Below are positions 1 through 11,525 of a stretch of 61,644 nt of DNA, in pieces. The DNA lies in the NCBI RefSeq assembly GCF_001194135.2, contig NC_068984.1, positions 94,984,988 through 95,046,631 on the forward strand, written 5' to 3'. The translations under genes were made by a program, and so were the position numbers. This DNA comes from Octopus bimaculoides. Its lineage: Eukaryota. Below the pieces are notes generated by a model. It saw nothing but the letters and a program-made list of their open reading frames with translations, was not told the origin of the DNA and did not search any database. Position 1 is the stretch's first letter, and the number at the start of each line of letters is the position of its first letter.

Positions 1-661
1 ACTCTTATAAGCTCTACCAAGGTTTTCTTTAATACTTGTCAATTCCTAAGCTTTTGTATCTTTTAAAAGTTAGTCTCTCAAATAGATTCCTGTCGTCTCT
101 CCAATACTTTTATGCCCTAATCTTCGGGAAACTCGAATACTTAGTCAATGTCAAACTCTCCCCCAGACCCCGCGAGCAAGCTGCTTTGCCCAAACGGTTG
201 GTGGTGGTGGTGGTGGTGGTGGCGGGGCTAGGTCTGCACAAGTGCTCGTCTTTATCTTTTCCCTGTTTTCTTTCCTCCATCCACGCTTGCTCCCCTTTGG
301 TAGGCAACATCTTCTCCTCGCCAACACGGACCAATTCCAACAGGGAAAAGGATGAAGCTCTATCACAGTGGAGAGAGCTGGGTTCGTCAGTTCCTGTTAT
401 AGTGGAGGATAGACGGAAACATAGTATGGGACAATCTGCATTCAGGTGCCACTTTCAACTCTCTCCTTCGTCAATCTGATCAATTTTCAAGGTGTCGCCT
501 ACTTTCAGCTAGTGCAAGATTCTCGGGGGACTGGATTGATGTCCTCATCTCTTTCGCACTCAGAGTGAGAGCTGACGTTTGTAGGGGACTGAGATGCCGC
601 TGTGGTAAGCCTCTGACCCCACAGGTCTTTATGGTCTGTCTTGCCGCCTAAATGCTAGTCG

Positions 662-1125
662 CTTCGTTCGCCATACCGAGCTCGGATTAATATCCCCTCA
701 GTTCTGGAACCGTCGGGGTTATTTAGAAATGATGAAAAGAAACCAGATGGTCTTACCTTCTGTCCCTGAGTTAAGGGACAGAAGGTAAGTGCCTCATTTG
801 GGACGCCACAGTCTGCGACTCCTTTGCTCTCTCCCACATCCTAGATGCTGCAGTTAATGGGAGGGTCACTGCTTCCGTAGCCGAACGGAAGAAAACCCTG
901 AAGTACCGGGACCTGACAGTGAACTATCTCTTCCAACCTGTGGCTTTTGAGACGTTCGGAGGGACTGGGCTACTAATCGTGAAGTTCTTGTCAACGTTGG
1001 TAGCTCGCCTCACCGAGGTGTCAGGTGATGCCTGTGAGGGCGCTTGGCTTTCCTAACGCCTTAGCCTCGCCATCGCCCGTGTTAATGCTGCAAGAGTGCT
1101 GGCTTGCTTCAGTAGGTTCCATTGA
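662..1125 (+). mobile_element. CRE-clade non-LTR retrotransposon, C-terminal restriction-like endonuclease (RLE) fragment, degenerate
   Basis: My translation gives IPSVLEPSGLFRNDEKKPDGLTFCP*, a frameshift near 780, then GKCLIWDATVCDSFA...AERKKTLKYRDL...FQPVAFETFGG...S*RLSLAIARVNAARVLA. This is the PD-(D/E)xK-type RLE tail typical of CRE elements. Not shown in the ORF track because of stops. Confidence 0.8.
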
Positions 1126-1663
1126 ACCGTGTGGTGTGCGACCAGTTGCTGTGATAAAAAATATTCCTCATATATGGTTTCAATACAGTTTTAACAGAAA
1201 GATTTGGAAGAATTAAAAGTTCTTCGGTAATTTTCTTTCATGTAAATAAATTTTTATGTTAATTTAAGAATTTGCCAGCAAAATTTTATAAAATGACAGT
1301 TTTCTAAAAGATGTACATGTTTGTATGTTATACTAGCTTAAAAGCCGCGCTCCTATGGAGGGCTCTTCATTAGCCCTTGGGCCTAAATTTGACACTTCAT
1401 GCAGTGAGTACATATTAAATTTTATTAAACTTGACCAATAATTTTCATGCAATGAACAATTTTCATCGAAACAATATAATTTGTCGACTTGGAACTTATT
1501 GCAAAGCTGCATGANNNNNNNNNNNNNNNNNNNNNNNNNNNNNNNNNNNNNNNNNNNNNNNNNNNNNNNNNNNNNNNNNNNNNNNNNNNNNNNNNNNNNN
1601 NNNNNNNNNNNNNNNNNNNNNNNNNNNNNNNNNNNNNNNNNNNNNNNNNNNNNNNNNNNNNNN

Positions 1664-1714
<51 letters not shown>
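1664..1714. repeat. (TC)n microsatellite next to an assembly gap
   Basis: Read directly. Confidence 0.95.
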
Positions 1715-1718
<4 letters not shown>

Positions 1719-2099
1719 GTTAATTGTTTTCAACCATCACCAGTACCACCACTATAAGAGAGCAGAGCTTCACTGCACAATTGACTTACTTGGTAAGTGG
1801 AATTATGGATATTTCCTCTTCAAATATTGGTAATGTAGAAGCTTATCCCCCTATGTTCATCTCTTCTGAGTTAGCGATATTTCATAATACAAAAGAAAAT
1901 AGAATTCAGGCTTTAACAGATAATTTTCCATATATCCTACACGCTCAAATTCTTGTGGTCGGAGGACTTCAAGAAAATGTTCTTTCAGTTCTCATAATCG
2001 TTTTTAATGCACACACATGTATTCAACAGTGTCTTTTCGAGTCGTCTGCTCAGCTGCGGGAAAATGGCGTCGCTAAGGATTAAGTGCGACTACATCTCT

Positions 2100-2648
2100 G
2101 CGATTCGCGGAAACCATCTGCTATTACATTAAAAGTTGTTAGCCATTCTCCTATTTCCATTTATGGTGAGAAATCTTTGACCTTGGATCTTAATTTGAGG
2201 CATGTGAATCTTCCATATCCTATTCTCAGTGCTGACTTACTGCATCATTTTTAGTCTGATAGATTTGAAACACATGCGGTATGAACAGTAAACCTGCTAC
2301 CATCAGTCCTCTTTTCTTTGTACCTTCTACATCTAATCGTTATCATATGATCCTTAACAAAATTCCAGGCATCACTCGGGCTGTTTTTGATAGAGTCCGG
2401 TACACTGTGTTACATATTATATCATCACTAAGGACTCTCTTGTTCCATCGTAACCTTGACGTCTCACAACTGACAAAATAAAAATAGCTAAGGACGAATT
2501 TAGTCACATGATGGACCTTGAAATAATTCGACCTTCCTATAGGAATTGGTCTTCTCCACTTCATATGGTTCCAAAGAAATCTGAGAGAGATTAGCGACCT
2601 TGTGGAGACTATAGGCGTTTGAATGCTTTACCTGTTCCTGGTAAGTAC
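2100..2648 (+). mobile_element. Ty3/gypsy protease to RT N-terminal fragment, degenerate
   Basis: PISIYGEKSLTLDLNL...PILSADLLHHF (protease-like) and IAKDEFSHMMDLEIIRPSYRNWSSPLHMVPKK...[11 protein letters not shown] (RT start). Cut at about 2650 by an LTR end. Confidence 0.85.
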
Positions 2649-3938
2649 TTTTAGCGGGATAGTAGCACGACATTACACCAAACTCAGTGGTGTGGAGACG
2701 GCCATGTAGTATTCCACTAAATTTAAGTTGTATAACAGTATTCTGTCATAAATAATAAATAGAATTTATTTGATATATGATACCATCACAGCTTTTCATA
2801 CAATGTAAGGAATCAAATATTAACATGTTGTGGATCCTTTTGGAATACCAAGTAAACGCTAACTAGTCGCGAGACAAAATTGCAAGGGTATCAGAAACGT
2901 GTGTGCGGTGTCGTGTGTGAGGATCAGACGGAAAATATATTCAGTTCATAGCTTGGACTTACTGTTACAAGTTCATAACAGGTATCAACGAAATTGGTAA
3001 CATGGGAGTCCAATGTAGAGTAGAGTTGGTAACACGACAGGAGGCCAATGTCGAGTAGGCTGTGGCGGTAGAGTTAACTGCTGAACAAATCGCCATGATA
3101 ACGCAGGATATAATGATAGCCGTTGAATATTCGTCGTGAAAATGACGGTAGTCTGAAATCTGCTAGGCAAACGTCATTAGAACGACGGTAGTGAGAAGAC
3201 GTCATTAGAATTATGGTAACCGCAAACATCATTTAAATGACGGTAACCGCATATGGTCTGAGGAAAAAGAGGCCGGACACGAAAAAAAAACTGCAATTCA
3301 TATCTTCTGTGGTCTGGTGTTTGATTTTCCCACCAATAGTGGGAAATGACTTATTGTAGGGACACAATTCGATAATTGTACTTGACCATCCAACTCTCCG
3401 ATCACATTTGGCCTGGTAGAGATCATGGTGAACCATAGAGAAGTTCAGCAGGAGAATATCCTAGATCTTCTTTAACAGAGGAAGAACAATCCAAAAGGGC
3501 AACAGGAAGGTACTCATTCTAACGGTGGGGATCTGGGTAGGATCGTAACGCAGCTTTCTTCCATACCATTAGATGCAGGATGGTAGCTGATTGTATGGAT
3601 GTGCTTTACGCCTAAAATTTTTGATAGTTCTGTCAAAAGTTGCGAGTCGAACTGTCTTCCACGATCAGCAGTGATCCTTAAGGGAACACTAAAACGCGAT
3701 ATCTAAGTCGAAACTAGAGCTTGAGCAACCGACTCTGCAGAAATATCACGCAATGGAACAGCTTCATGCCAACGCATATTTGGCCAGAAAAACGAGCCGA
3801 AATAAGCTTTACTGAGGCAGCAACCCCAGGATAAGATAACGAATGCAAAGCATTGAAAACCAGTCTTCAGTGATTCTCTGGAACTAGCGGAAATGTCGCA
3901 CAATATGGTCCGGTCTGCAGTCGGTAGATATTTAAATT

Positions 3939-4171
3939 AAGGCGGTGAACTGGCAGAAACGTTAGCACGCCGGGCGAAATGCTTAGCGGTATTTCGTCTG
4001 CTGTTAAGTTCTGAGTTCAAATTCCGGCGAGGTCGACTTTGCCTTTCATCCTCTTGGGGTCGATAAATTAAGTACCAGTTACGCACTGGGGTTGATGTAA
4101 TCGACTTAATCCTTTTGTCTGTCCTTGTTTGTCCCCTCTATGTTTAGCCCCTTGTGGGCAATAAAGAAATA
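3939..4171 (+). mobile_element. tRNA-derived SINE inserted in gypsy pol
   Basis: A-box-like TGGCAGAAACG, B-box GAGTTCAAATTCC, central box GCCTTTCATCCT..GGGGTCGATAAATTAAGTACC. TSD agatatt(t/c)aaatt at 3926-3938 and 4172-4184. Confidence 0.9.
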
Positions 4172-5352
4172 AGATATTCAAATTTGGAAGATATTCAAAT
4201 TTGCAACTGGCGAATTCTTCAGATACGGTATCCATTGAAGTTAAAGCAGGCTGTTCAGCAGCCAAAGCAGATAAATTGATTTCAGAAACAGACGATAAGG
4301 AGCAAACAGGAAGGCGTGATAAAGCGCCTGCAACAACATTGCTACAACCAGAAATATGCTGAATATCACTAGTGAACTGTGATATATAATCTATTTGTCG
4401 GGTTTCTCTTGGTGAATGCTTGTCGGACTTTGATAACAAAGCGAACGTGAGAGGTTTGTGATCCGTGAAAACGGTAAATTGTTGGCCTTCTAATATGTGA
4501 GAGAAATTTTTCACAGCTAAGAATATAGCTAAAAGTTCTCTGCCAAAAGTGCTGTGCCGAGATTCAGTAGGTTTCAGCTGGCGAGAGAAAAGTGCTAAAG
4601 GTTGCATTTTATCCATGTAAGATTATTGGAGAACAGCACCAACAGCAGTATCAGATGCATCAATAGAGAGAGAGAGAGTTAAGCGAGCAAAGATACGTTT
4701 CTCAGCTCAGCTTTCATTATTTGAAAAGCTTGCAGTTGCGACGGTGTAAGGAAGATAACCACTTTTTTTCTTCCTCTTTTGTAAAATCTGTGTTAAAGGA
4801 ACTAATTTCTCAACACAATTTGGAATAAACCTGCAGTAAAAATTTACCAATCCCAAAAAGTGGCGAAGCGAAGTTGGAGGAGCTAAACTCCGTATAGCAT
4901 GGATTTTCTCAGGAAGAGGCCGAATGCTGTTGCTGTCTATTAGATATTCTAAGAATTCGAAAGAGGAGGAGCCGAAAACACACTTGGCAGGATTTATTTT
5001 CACTTGGTATGTACTTAAACGCTGGAAAAGTAGTGTTAAATGATGGATGTGTTTGTAGGAATCTGGCAGGTGTGAAGTGGATTCGATCCACTATGCCACA
5101 AATTTGAATCAACACTGCGTCAGAACTTGACCCTTTTCTGACCTCTTCTACTCCATCTAGAATAGAGATAAACAAGGCCGCCAGCTAAATCCTTTGCACT
5201 CACTACCCTGCTTCATAGCTATAAAAACAGGAGACTCCAAGCAAAGCTCTCTCTTTAGTCACCAATCGGTGACGCCTCAACAGGCTAGTCACCCGCCGGT
5301 GACCAACTACAACCTTGGCCAGAGGAAAAGATGAAGTTACTGTCAGCCACTG

Positions 5353-5901
5353 TGATACGACGCCGCACATGCTATAGCTATCACTAGCATTTCCTTTTCT
5401 CTATAACACTACCATCTCTCTCTATATAAATACTACTATGAAAAAGTGTATATACAGATACAGGCCGAAATTCTTAACCTTGCATGTTTTATATACAAAC
5501 TGTTATACTATTACACTGGCCTACCCGTCGTGGTATGGCAACATATAGAGTAACGGCGAGCTGGCAGAAACGTTAGCACGCCGGGCGAAATGCTTAGCGG
5601 TATTTCGTCTGCCGCTACGTTCTGAGTTCAAATTCCGCCGAGGTCAACTTTGCCTTTCCTCCTTTCGGGGTCGATTAAATAAGTACCANNNNNNNNNNCC
5701 TTTCCTCCTTTCGGGGTCGATTAAATAAGTACCAGTTAGGCACTGGGGTCGATATAATCGACTTAATCCGTTTGTCTGTCCTTGTTTGTCCCCTCTATGT
5801 TTAGCCCCTTGTGGGCAGTAAAGAAATAACATATAGAGTAACGGTAAATAAATATTTCTATAAAAGATGTTGATCATCTCCATCAATCAATAACCGTTAC
5901 A
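5353..5901. mobile_element. Second solo LTR (about 260 bp without the SINE) nested in the first
   Basis: TGATACG...CGTTACA ends and 4-bp TSD ACTG (5349-5352 and 5902-5905). Confidence 0.7.
5557..5827 (+). mobile_element. tRNA-derived SINE, same family as 3939-4171
   Basis: Near-identical to 3939-4171. Perfect 17-bp TSD aacatatagagtaacgg (5540-5556 and 5828-5844). Confidence 0.92.
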
Positions 5902-7018
5902 ACTGGTGTCCCTCCGACATCAACATCTCATTATACCTGTTACATGTTCATCAGGAGTAGAACTGGCGATTAGCAGATCATCTATGTAAGCAAACACAAA
6001 TCGCAACCCACTAACGACTTCATCCATAAACCTCTGGAACGTGCTAGCTGCGTTTCTGAGTCCAAACCAAAAGACATGGAGAGAAATGCAAAAGAACCGA
6101 ATGGAGTGACGAAAGCAGTCTTTGGTATATCGTCCGGGTTTACAGGAATCTAATGATAAGCTCTCACTAAGTCTATTTTTGAAAAGACTGTACAACCGTG
6201 CAACGCAGAAGCAAAATCATGCTGGTTGGGTATCGGATACCAGTCTGGTAATATAATTCAAGTGTCTAAAATCTCGTACAGGACGAAAATCTGTAGACCC
6301 CTTTGAGACGAGGTCGAGGGTGACGACCAAGGACTGGTAGAGGAGCGTATAAGCCTTAGCAGCAACATGTGATCAAATTCTACCTTTGTTGAGTTTATCT
6401 GGCGCTAACTGGTGAGGGCGTGAAAACACAGGAGGACTGAAAATTGCGGCGTAACCACGAGAAGAAGAGTTGCTTGATAAGAGAGTTATCCTCACTTAAG
6501 GCGTTAATTTCCGTATCCTTCACAGAAATTCTGTGGAGTTTCTATCACCCAAATGTCTGTCATTTAAAAGTGTCTTAAAGAAATGTTCAGCAGATATGGT
6601 GGTCCTACGAATAATCTCCTGCTTAATGGAGGTATACGCAAGCATCAGGCAGAGTGTCAGTAGTTAAATCTTCGAGGTGCACTGCAAGAGCAGAAGGAAT
6701 GGCACTAAGCAAAATATGGAGCTGCTGTTGAGTCGATTGAATGTTGGTGGCGAGAAAATGGGATTCAACTTGAGCGAACCATACTTTCACATCCCCATTG
6801 AACACTGGTAACGTAGAAAGGTTTATAACGCTGGAAAACTAGAAAAGTCTGTCGCTGTGAGCGGGAAGCAAAACGAAATTCTGGCGCTAAAATAGGATTA
6901 TCCGCAGGCACGAAATCAGCGACGCAAGCTCAACACGAACTTTAGTTGACCACATACGTGAGTTAAATGCTGCATTTCCTCTTTTACGACATAACTATAG
7001 GTTGAAGAATGTTCGACA

Positions 7019-7029
7019 CGGGGTCACCA
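7019..7029 (-). promoter_or_regulatory. Primer-binding site, tRNA-Trp-like
   Basis: Minus strand TGGTGACCCCG lies immediately inside the LTR end and upstream of gag, matching the 3' end of animal tRNA-Trp. Confidence 0.7.
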
Positions 7030-7457
7030 GTTTTAATGAGATACTAGCATGACATTACACCAAACTCAGTGGTGTGGAGATGGCCATTAAATTTAAGTTG
7101 TATACTTAAGTTGTAAGTTTACTGCTCTATTCGGTCTGTGATTGACCGAATAAACAGGCTCCCTCTACTGCGTCCGATTGTCACATGTATAAATCTGGCG
7201 GCGGCCTTGTTTAATCGAGTTCCTTCACTTCGTTTCTCTAAAGGCTCCCGGCTTGTAGTTTGGTTCTATTGCGTTTGCGCTAGTGTCAATTCTTCGTCCA
7301 CATGCGCCAGCAGTATCGACCGAACACAATGCTGTTATCTTTCATGTTTGCTAGAAACATTTCTATCGAGTCTCTTTCCTCTCTTTCTGTATACACAAAG
7401 TACATCTAATGTCTTTACGCATTCATTCACCGCTATCACACAATAGACATGTAGCGT

Positions 7458-7459
<2 letters not shown>

Positions 7460-7509
<50 letters not shown>
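7460..7509. repeat. (TC)n microsatellite next to a gap
   Basis: Read directly. Confidence 0.95.
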
Positions 7510-7832
7510 NNNNNNNNNNNNNNNNNNNNNNNNNNNNNNNNNNNNNNNNNNNNNNNNNNNNNNNNNNNNNNNNNNNNNNNNNNNNNNNNNNNNNNNNNNN
7601 NNNNNNNNNNNNNNNNNNNNNNNNNNNNNNNNNNNNNNNNNNNNNNNNNNNNNNNNNNNNNNNNNNNNNNNNNNNNNNNNNNNNNNNNNNNNNNNNNNTC
7701 AGATAAGGTCGCGTGGGACAATTTTTCTGAACCCCTGTTTGAGCCGATAATATCCTATAAATAGCTAGCTTTTCTGCGCATGATTGTCTTGCACCTGACC
7801 GTCTCAAAACGGCTATGACCAAGTTTTAGCAC

Positions 7833-9038
7833 ATGCTCCAACTTGGCCTGATACGCCCCTCCACCAGCCCATGGGCATCTCCCCTTCATTTGGCGCGTAA
7901 AGGGGATTCTGATTTTCGCCCGGTGGGGGATTATAGGCGTCTTAATGCAGTAACAGTACCTGACCGATATCCTATAAGGAATCTTCATGGCTGTACCATC
8001 TTTTCAAAAGTTGACCTTATACGCGCTTATCACCAAATACCGGTCAACCCAGCCGATGTTCCGAAAACTGCCATTACCGCTCCTTTTGGTTATTTTGAGT
8101 TTTTATACAAGAGTTTTGGTTTGCGGAACACTACTAGCACGTTCCAGCGTTTTATTGATGAAGTTGTCCGCGGACTTGATTTTGCGTTCGCTAATGTCGA
8201 TGATATCCTCATCGCAAGCGACACACATGAGAATCATCTCCGGCACTTGTCTCAGCTTTTTCAGCGTCTTCGCGACTATGGTGTGCGCATTAATCCCGAC
8301 AAGTGTGTTTTCGGGCAATCTTCTCTTGACTTTCTGAGCCATCATATTGACTCGAGTGGCATCAAACCTCTCTCGTCCAAAGTCAATGCAATTCAATGCA
8401 TTGCACCTCCTTCTTCTTTCCGTCAGTTGAGGCATTATCTCGGCATGGTAAATTTCTATCGACGCTTTATACCCGGTTGTGCGGATAAGCTACTTTCTCT
8501 GACCCAGCTACTAAAGAACACCTCTAAAAAGGACGGTCATATCACCCTCTCAGCTGAAGCATTATCTGCTTTCGAGTCAATCAAGAAGGAAATAGCTTCT
8601 GTCCCTTTGCTTGCACATCCGGTTCCTAATGCTTTTCTCTCTTTAACTGTGGATGCATCGGACACTGCGATTGGCGCTGTGCTGCAACACACAGTGGACG
8701 ACCGAATTCAACCTCTGGCTTTCTTTTCTCGCCAATTACAACCAGCCGAGCGGCTATATAGCACCTTTGATCGCGAGCTCTTGGCGATCTACCTGTCAGT
8801 TCGTCATTTTCAACATCAACTCGAAGGTCGAGATTTTGTGATCTATACTGATCACAAGCCTCTTACGTTTGCCCTATCGTCTAAGACGCACAAACTCTCG
8901 CCTCGTGCTTTCCGTCACTTGGATTTTATTTCACAATTTACCAGTGACATTCGTCATATACCTGGGAAAGAGAACGTTCCTGCTGACGCTCTTTCTCGTC
9001 TTCCAGTCTGTTCTCGTTTCCTGCTGCAATTGATTTAA
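7833..9038 (+). pseudogene. Gypsy pol RT + RNase H ORF, 401 aa
   Basis: [40 protein letters not shown] (in place of YxDD), [20 protein letters not shown]. Confidence 0.93.
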
Positions 9039-9059
9039 CTGCCATTTTGTAGGAGCAAC

Positions 9060-10376
9060 CACCTTTGGCGACGTTAGACTTAACTTCGCCTCAGTTCTCC
9101 TATTGCCAGTTTGCCTATCTTCCGCTTCCGCCAGCTGAAGACACAATTCTTTGTGATACTTCCACTGGTTCTCCCAGATCACTCGTGCCTGAGAATCACC
9201 AACGCTCGGTGTTTGAGGCACTGCACTCCTTATCACATCCTGGAATCGCTGCTACCCTTAAGCTTATCACTGCTCGTTTTTTCTGGCCGCACTTGCTCCA
9301 AGTGCCAACGGTTCAAGATTCAACGGCACATCCGTGCCCCGCTTGGACACTTTCCTACTACAGAGGCCCGTTTTCGCCATGTCCACATTGATCTGGTTGG
9401 ACCATGGCCTGTGAGTCGCAGGTTCTCTTATGTTTTAACCTGTGTCGATCGCTTCTCCTGTTGGCCAGAAGCCATTCCAATAGCAGATATTTCTGCCGAA
9501 TCTGTTACTCGAGCTTTTGCTTCTAACTGGATTTCCCATTTCGGAGTTCCGTCCAGATTAACTACTGATCGTGGACGATAGTTTGAAGCTTCTTTATTTC
9601 GTGAATTGTCACGTATTCTAGGTATGCATCACATTCGCACGACCAGTTATCTTCCAGCTTCTGACGGATTAGTTGAACGGTTCCACAGACAGCACAAGGT
9701 CGCTCTACGTGCCTCTTAAGATCCACAGTCTTGGACTGAATTTCTGCCAATTGTGCTTCTTGGTTGTCGTACTGCTGTCAAAGCAGACCTGGGTTTTTCT
9801 TCTGCACAGCTACTGTATGGTACCACACTGGCATTGCCTGGTACGATGTTGGTGCCAGACACTTCACAGCTCCGTGATCCGGCGTCTTATGTCGCCAGAC
9901 TTCGCACTTATTTTTCAAATCTTCCGCCCATGGTTTCCCGGGAACAATCTCCACCATCTCATGTCCCACCAGATATGGACACTTGGTTGCATGTTTTTGT
10001 TCGAGACGACTTTGTCAAGGGATCTCTTGTTTCTTCTTATAAAGGACCTTTTCGTGTGCTTTCTCGCACACCCAAAGTTTTTACCATCGAGATGAATGGC
10101 GGTACGGAGACTGTTTCTGTGGACCGACTAAAAAAAGCATATTTTGAGGTGTCTACATCTTTCGATGACACCGCTTCCACACCCACCTATGCACCTTTGA
10201 CAACACCACCTACACATACGCCAATGACAACACATTCACCTACACAGGCACCCTTGCTACTACCAACGCCTACAACGCCACCTTCGTCGTCGAAAAGTGC
10301 CTCGAGCAAACCTTATGTTACCAGATAAGGCAGAACTGTTCACTGGCCCAAGAAACTTGCAAAGACTATTTACATT
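9060..10376 (+). pseudogene. Gypsy integrase, frameshifted and with stops
   Basis: HSLSHPG, CSKCQRFK, HVHIDLVGP, TCVDRFSCWPEA, TTDRGR, YKGPFRV, PYVTR*GRTVHWP. Confidence 0.9.
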
Positions 10377-10622
10377 TGACATTCTCTATTGTATTTCTTG
10401 TGACAGACAGGTGTTCCTTTGTGTACTGGACAGTTTCAATGTTTTTGTTATTAAACATTTTGTAAAAAAAATATTTTTTTTGTACATGCTTATTTATACT
10501 GTAATAATTTTTTTTTAGTTGACATATTTTGTTCCACATCTTGTGGGTGATCGATAGCCATCTTGTTTCTGGTGCCACTACAATCTTCCTATTTTCGTGC
10601 TTCCGCACTCGAGGGGAAGCCT

Positions 10623-11007
10623 TGTAGTGACGCCTGGTTCCAGTCGCCATTATGGGATCTTTATTCACGCATGCGCAGCCATCAGCAGCCGCTAGGCTTG
10701 ATCGCCTTTCTTTCCGTCTTTGCTGCCGACCGAGCAGCACGCAACTTGACCAGCTCCGTGTAGCTGGAATTCCGAAGGCGCCACGCGACGTTGGCTAACC
10801 CGTGAAGAATTCCTTCACAATTGTGATTAAACCGATTCTGCTGCTTCCATACCAAGGCGACCTAGCTACTGATTGTTCCAAGATGTAACGCGTGTACAGC
10901 CGAAAAATAAAGGTTGTTATTCTTGTTCCGCTATTTTCCTTCTTTTCCTTCCACGTTTATGTAAGGAATTGTGTGGCAACCATCCAATGCCAACATAACT
11001 TCCTACA
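10623..11007 (+). repeat. 3' LTR (385 bp)
   Basis: TGTAG...CTACA inverted ends, directly after the PPT, with AATAAA at 10906-10911. Confidence 0.8.
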
Positions 11008-11418
11008 GACATTATTATAAAACTCAACTTACTTCTTAACAGAAATCTTATACAAGGCATTTACATTGTACGTAACCCACGGCTGTGAATAAACTTTGCT
11101 TTTGAACAGGTTGAGTTCCACCCCATTCACTTGTCATTGACACATTGCATAACGCGGAAACAACTATATTGACCAAGACTACTGTATGTGCTCATTGTAT
11201 GACATACTGGTATCGATATAGAAGTGTCACATTTTGAGGAAGAAAAGTTGATTATAACATAGCTTTTATTCAGTGAACATAGTTTCTATTAAGCTAACTC
11301 CCAAAGAACAGACTTCGGATAAAAAGTATCGCATTCCATCATTTTAATTTTTTTAGGTATCATATATCAAACACCATATCATGCAAATGCAATGTAATAT
11401 TTTCAGATATATTTTAAA

Positions 11419-11461
11419 CTAGCAGAAATACCCGGCGTTGCCCGGGTTAGGGATTCACACA

Positions 11462-11525
<64 letters not shown>

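Larger units (their letters stand above)
5054..5944. mobile_element. Solo LTR (about 340 bp without nested inserts) inserted in gypsy RT
   Basis: TGTA...TACA ends and 4-bp TSD TGTT (5050-5053 and 5945-5948). Removing it restores the RT frame TPDEHIHHLTLLFQRL. Confidence 0.85.
2650..7440 (-). mobile_element. Degenerate Ty3/gypsy LTR retrotransposon (gag-RT-RNaseH-integrase) carrying nested insertions
   Basis: Gag WFAQVESHF (6623-6805), RT FGLRNAASTFQRFMDEV..YIDD (5945-6200), KINPAKCVFG (about 5000), RNase H FGRELLAIF..FTDHKPL (4185-4616), integrase RWHEAVPLRDISAESVA (3703-3903). Matching LTR-end segments at 2654-2733 and 7034-7104. Right boundary uncertain. Confidence 0.85.
7770..11007 (+). 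mobile_element. Ty3/gypsy LTR retrotransposon, 3' half (RT-RNaseH-integrase-PPT-LTR)
   Basis: Pol motifs (see next two entries), PPT-like gaggggaag at 10611-10619, then an LTR. Confidence 0.93.

Noticed and set aside
1-660. ORFs 36-479 (+) and 110-366 (-) around a (GTG)n tract
   Set aside because: No recognisable motif in any frame. It may be a decayed LINE ORF1 on the minus strand, but I cannot support a call.
5658-5735. Apparent tandem duplication inside the SINE
   Set aside because: The two copies flank a 10-N gap, which indicates an unmerged contig overlap
5903-5920. PBS-like TGGTGTCCCTCC after an LTR end, suggesting a 1-LTR circle junction
   Set aside because: Better explained as outer solo-LTR sequence following the ACTG TSD
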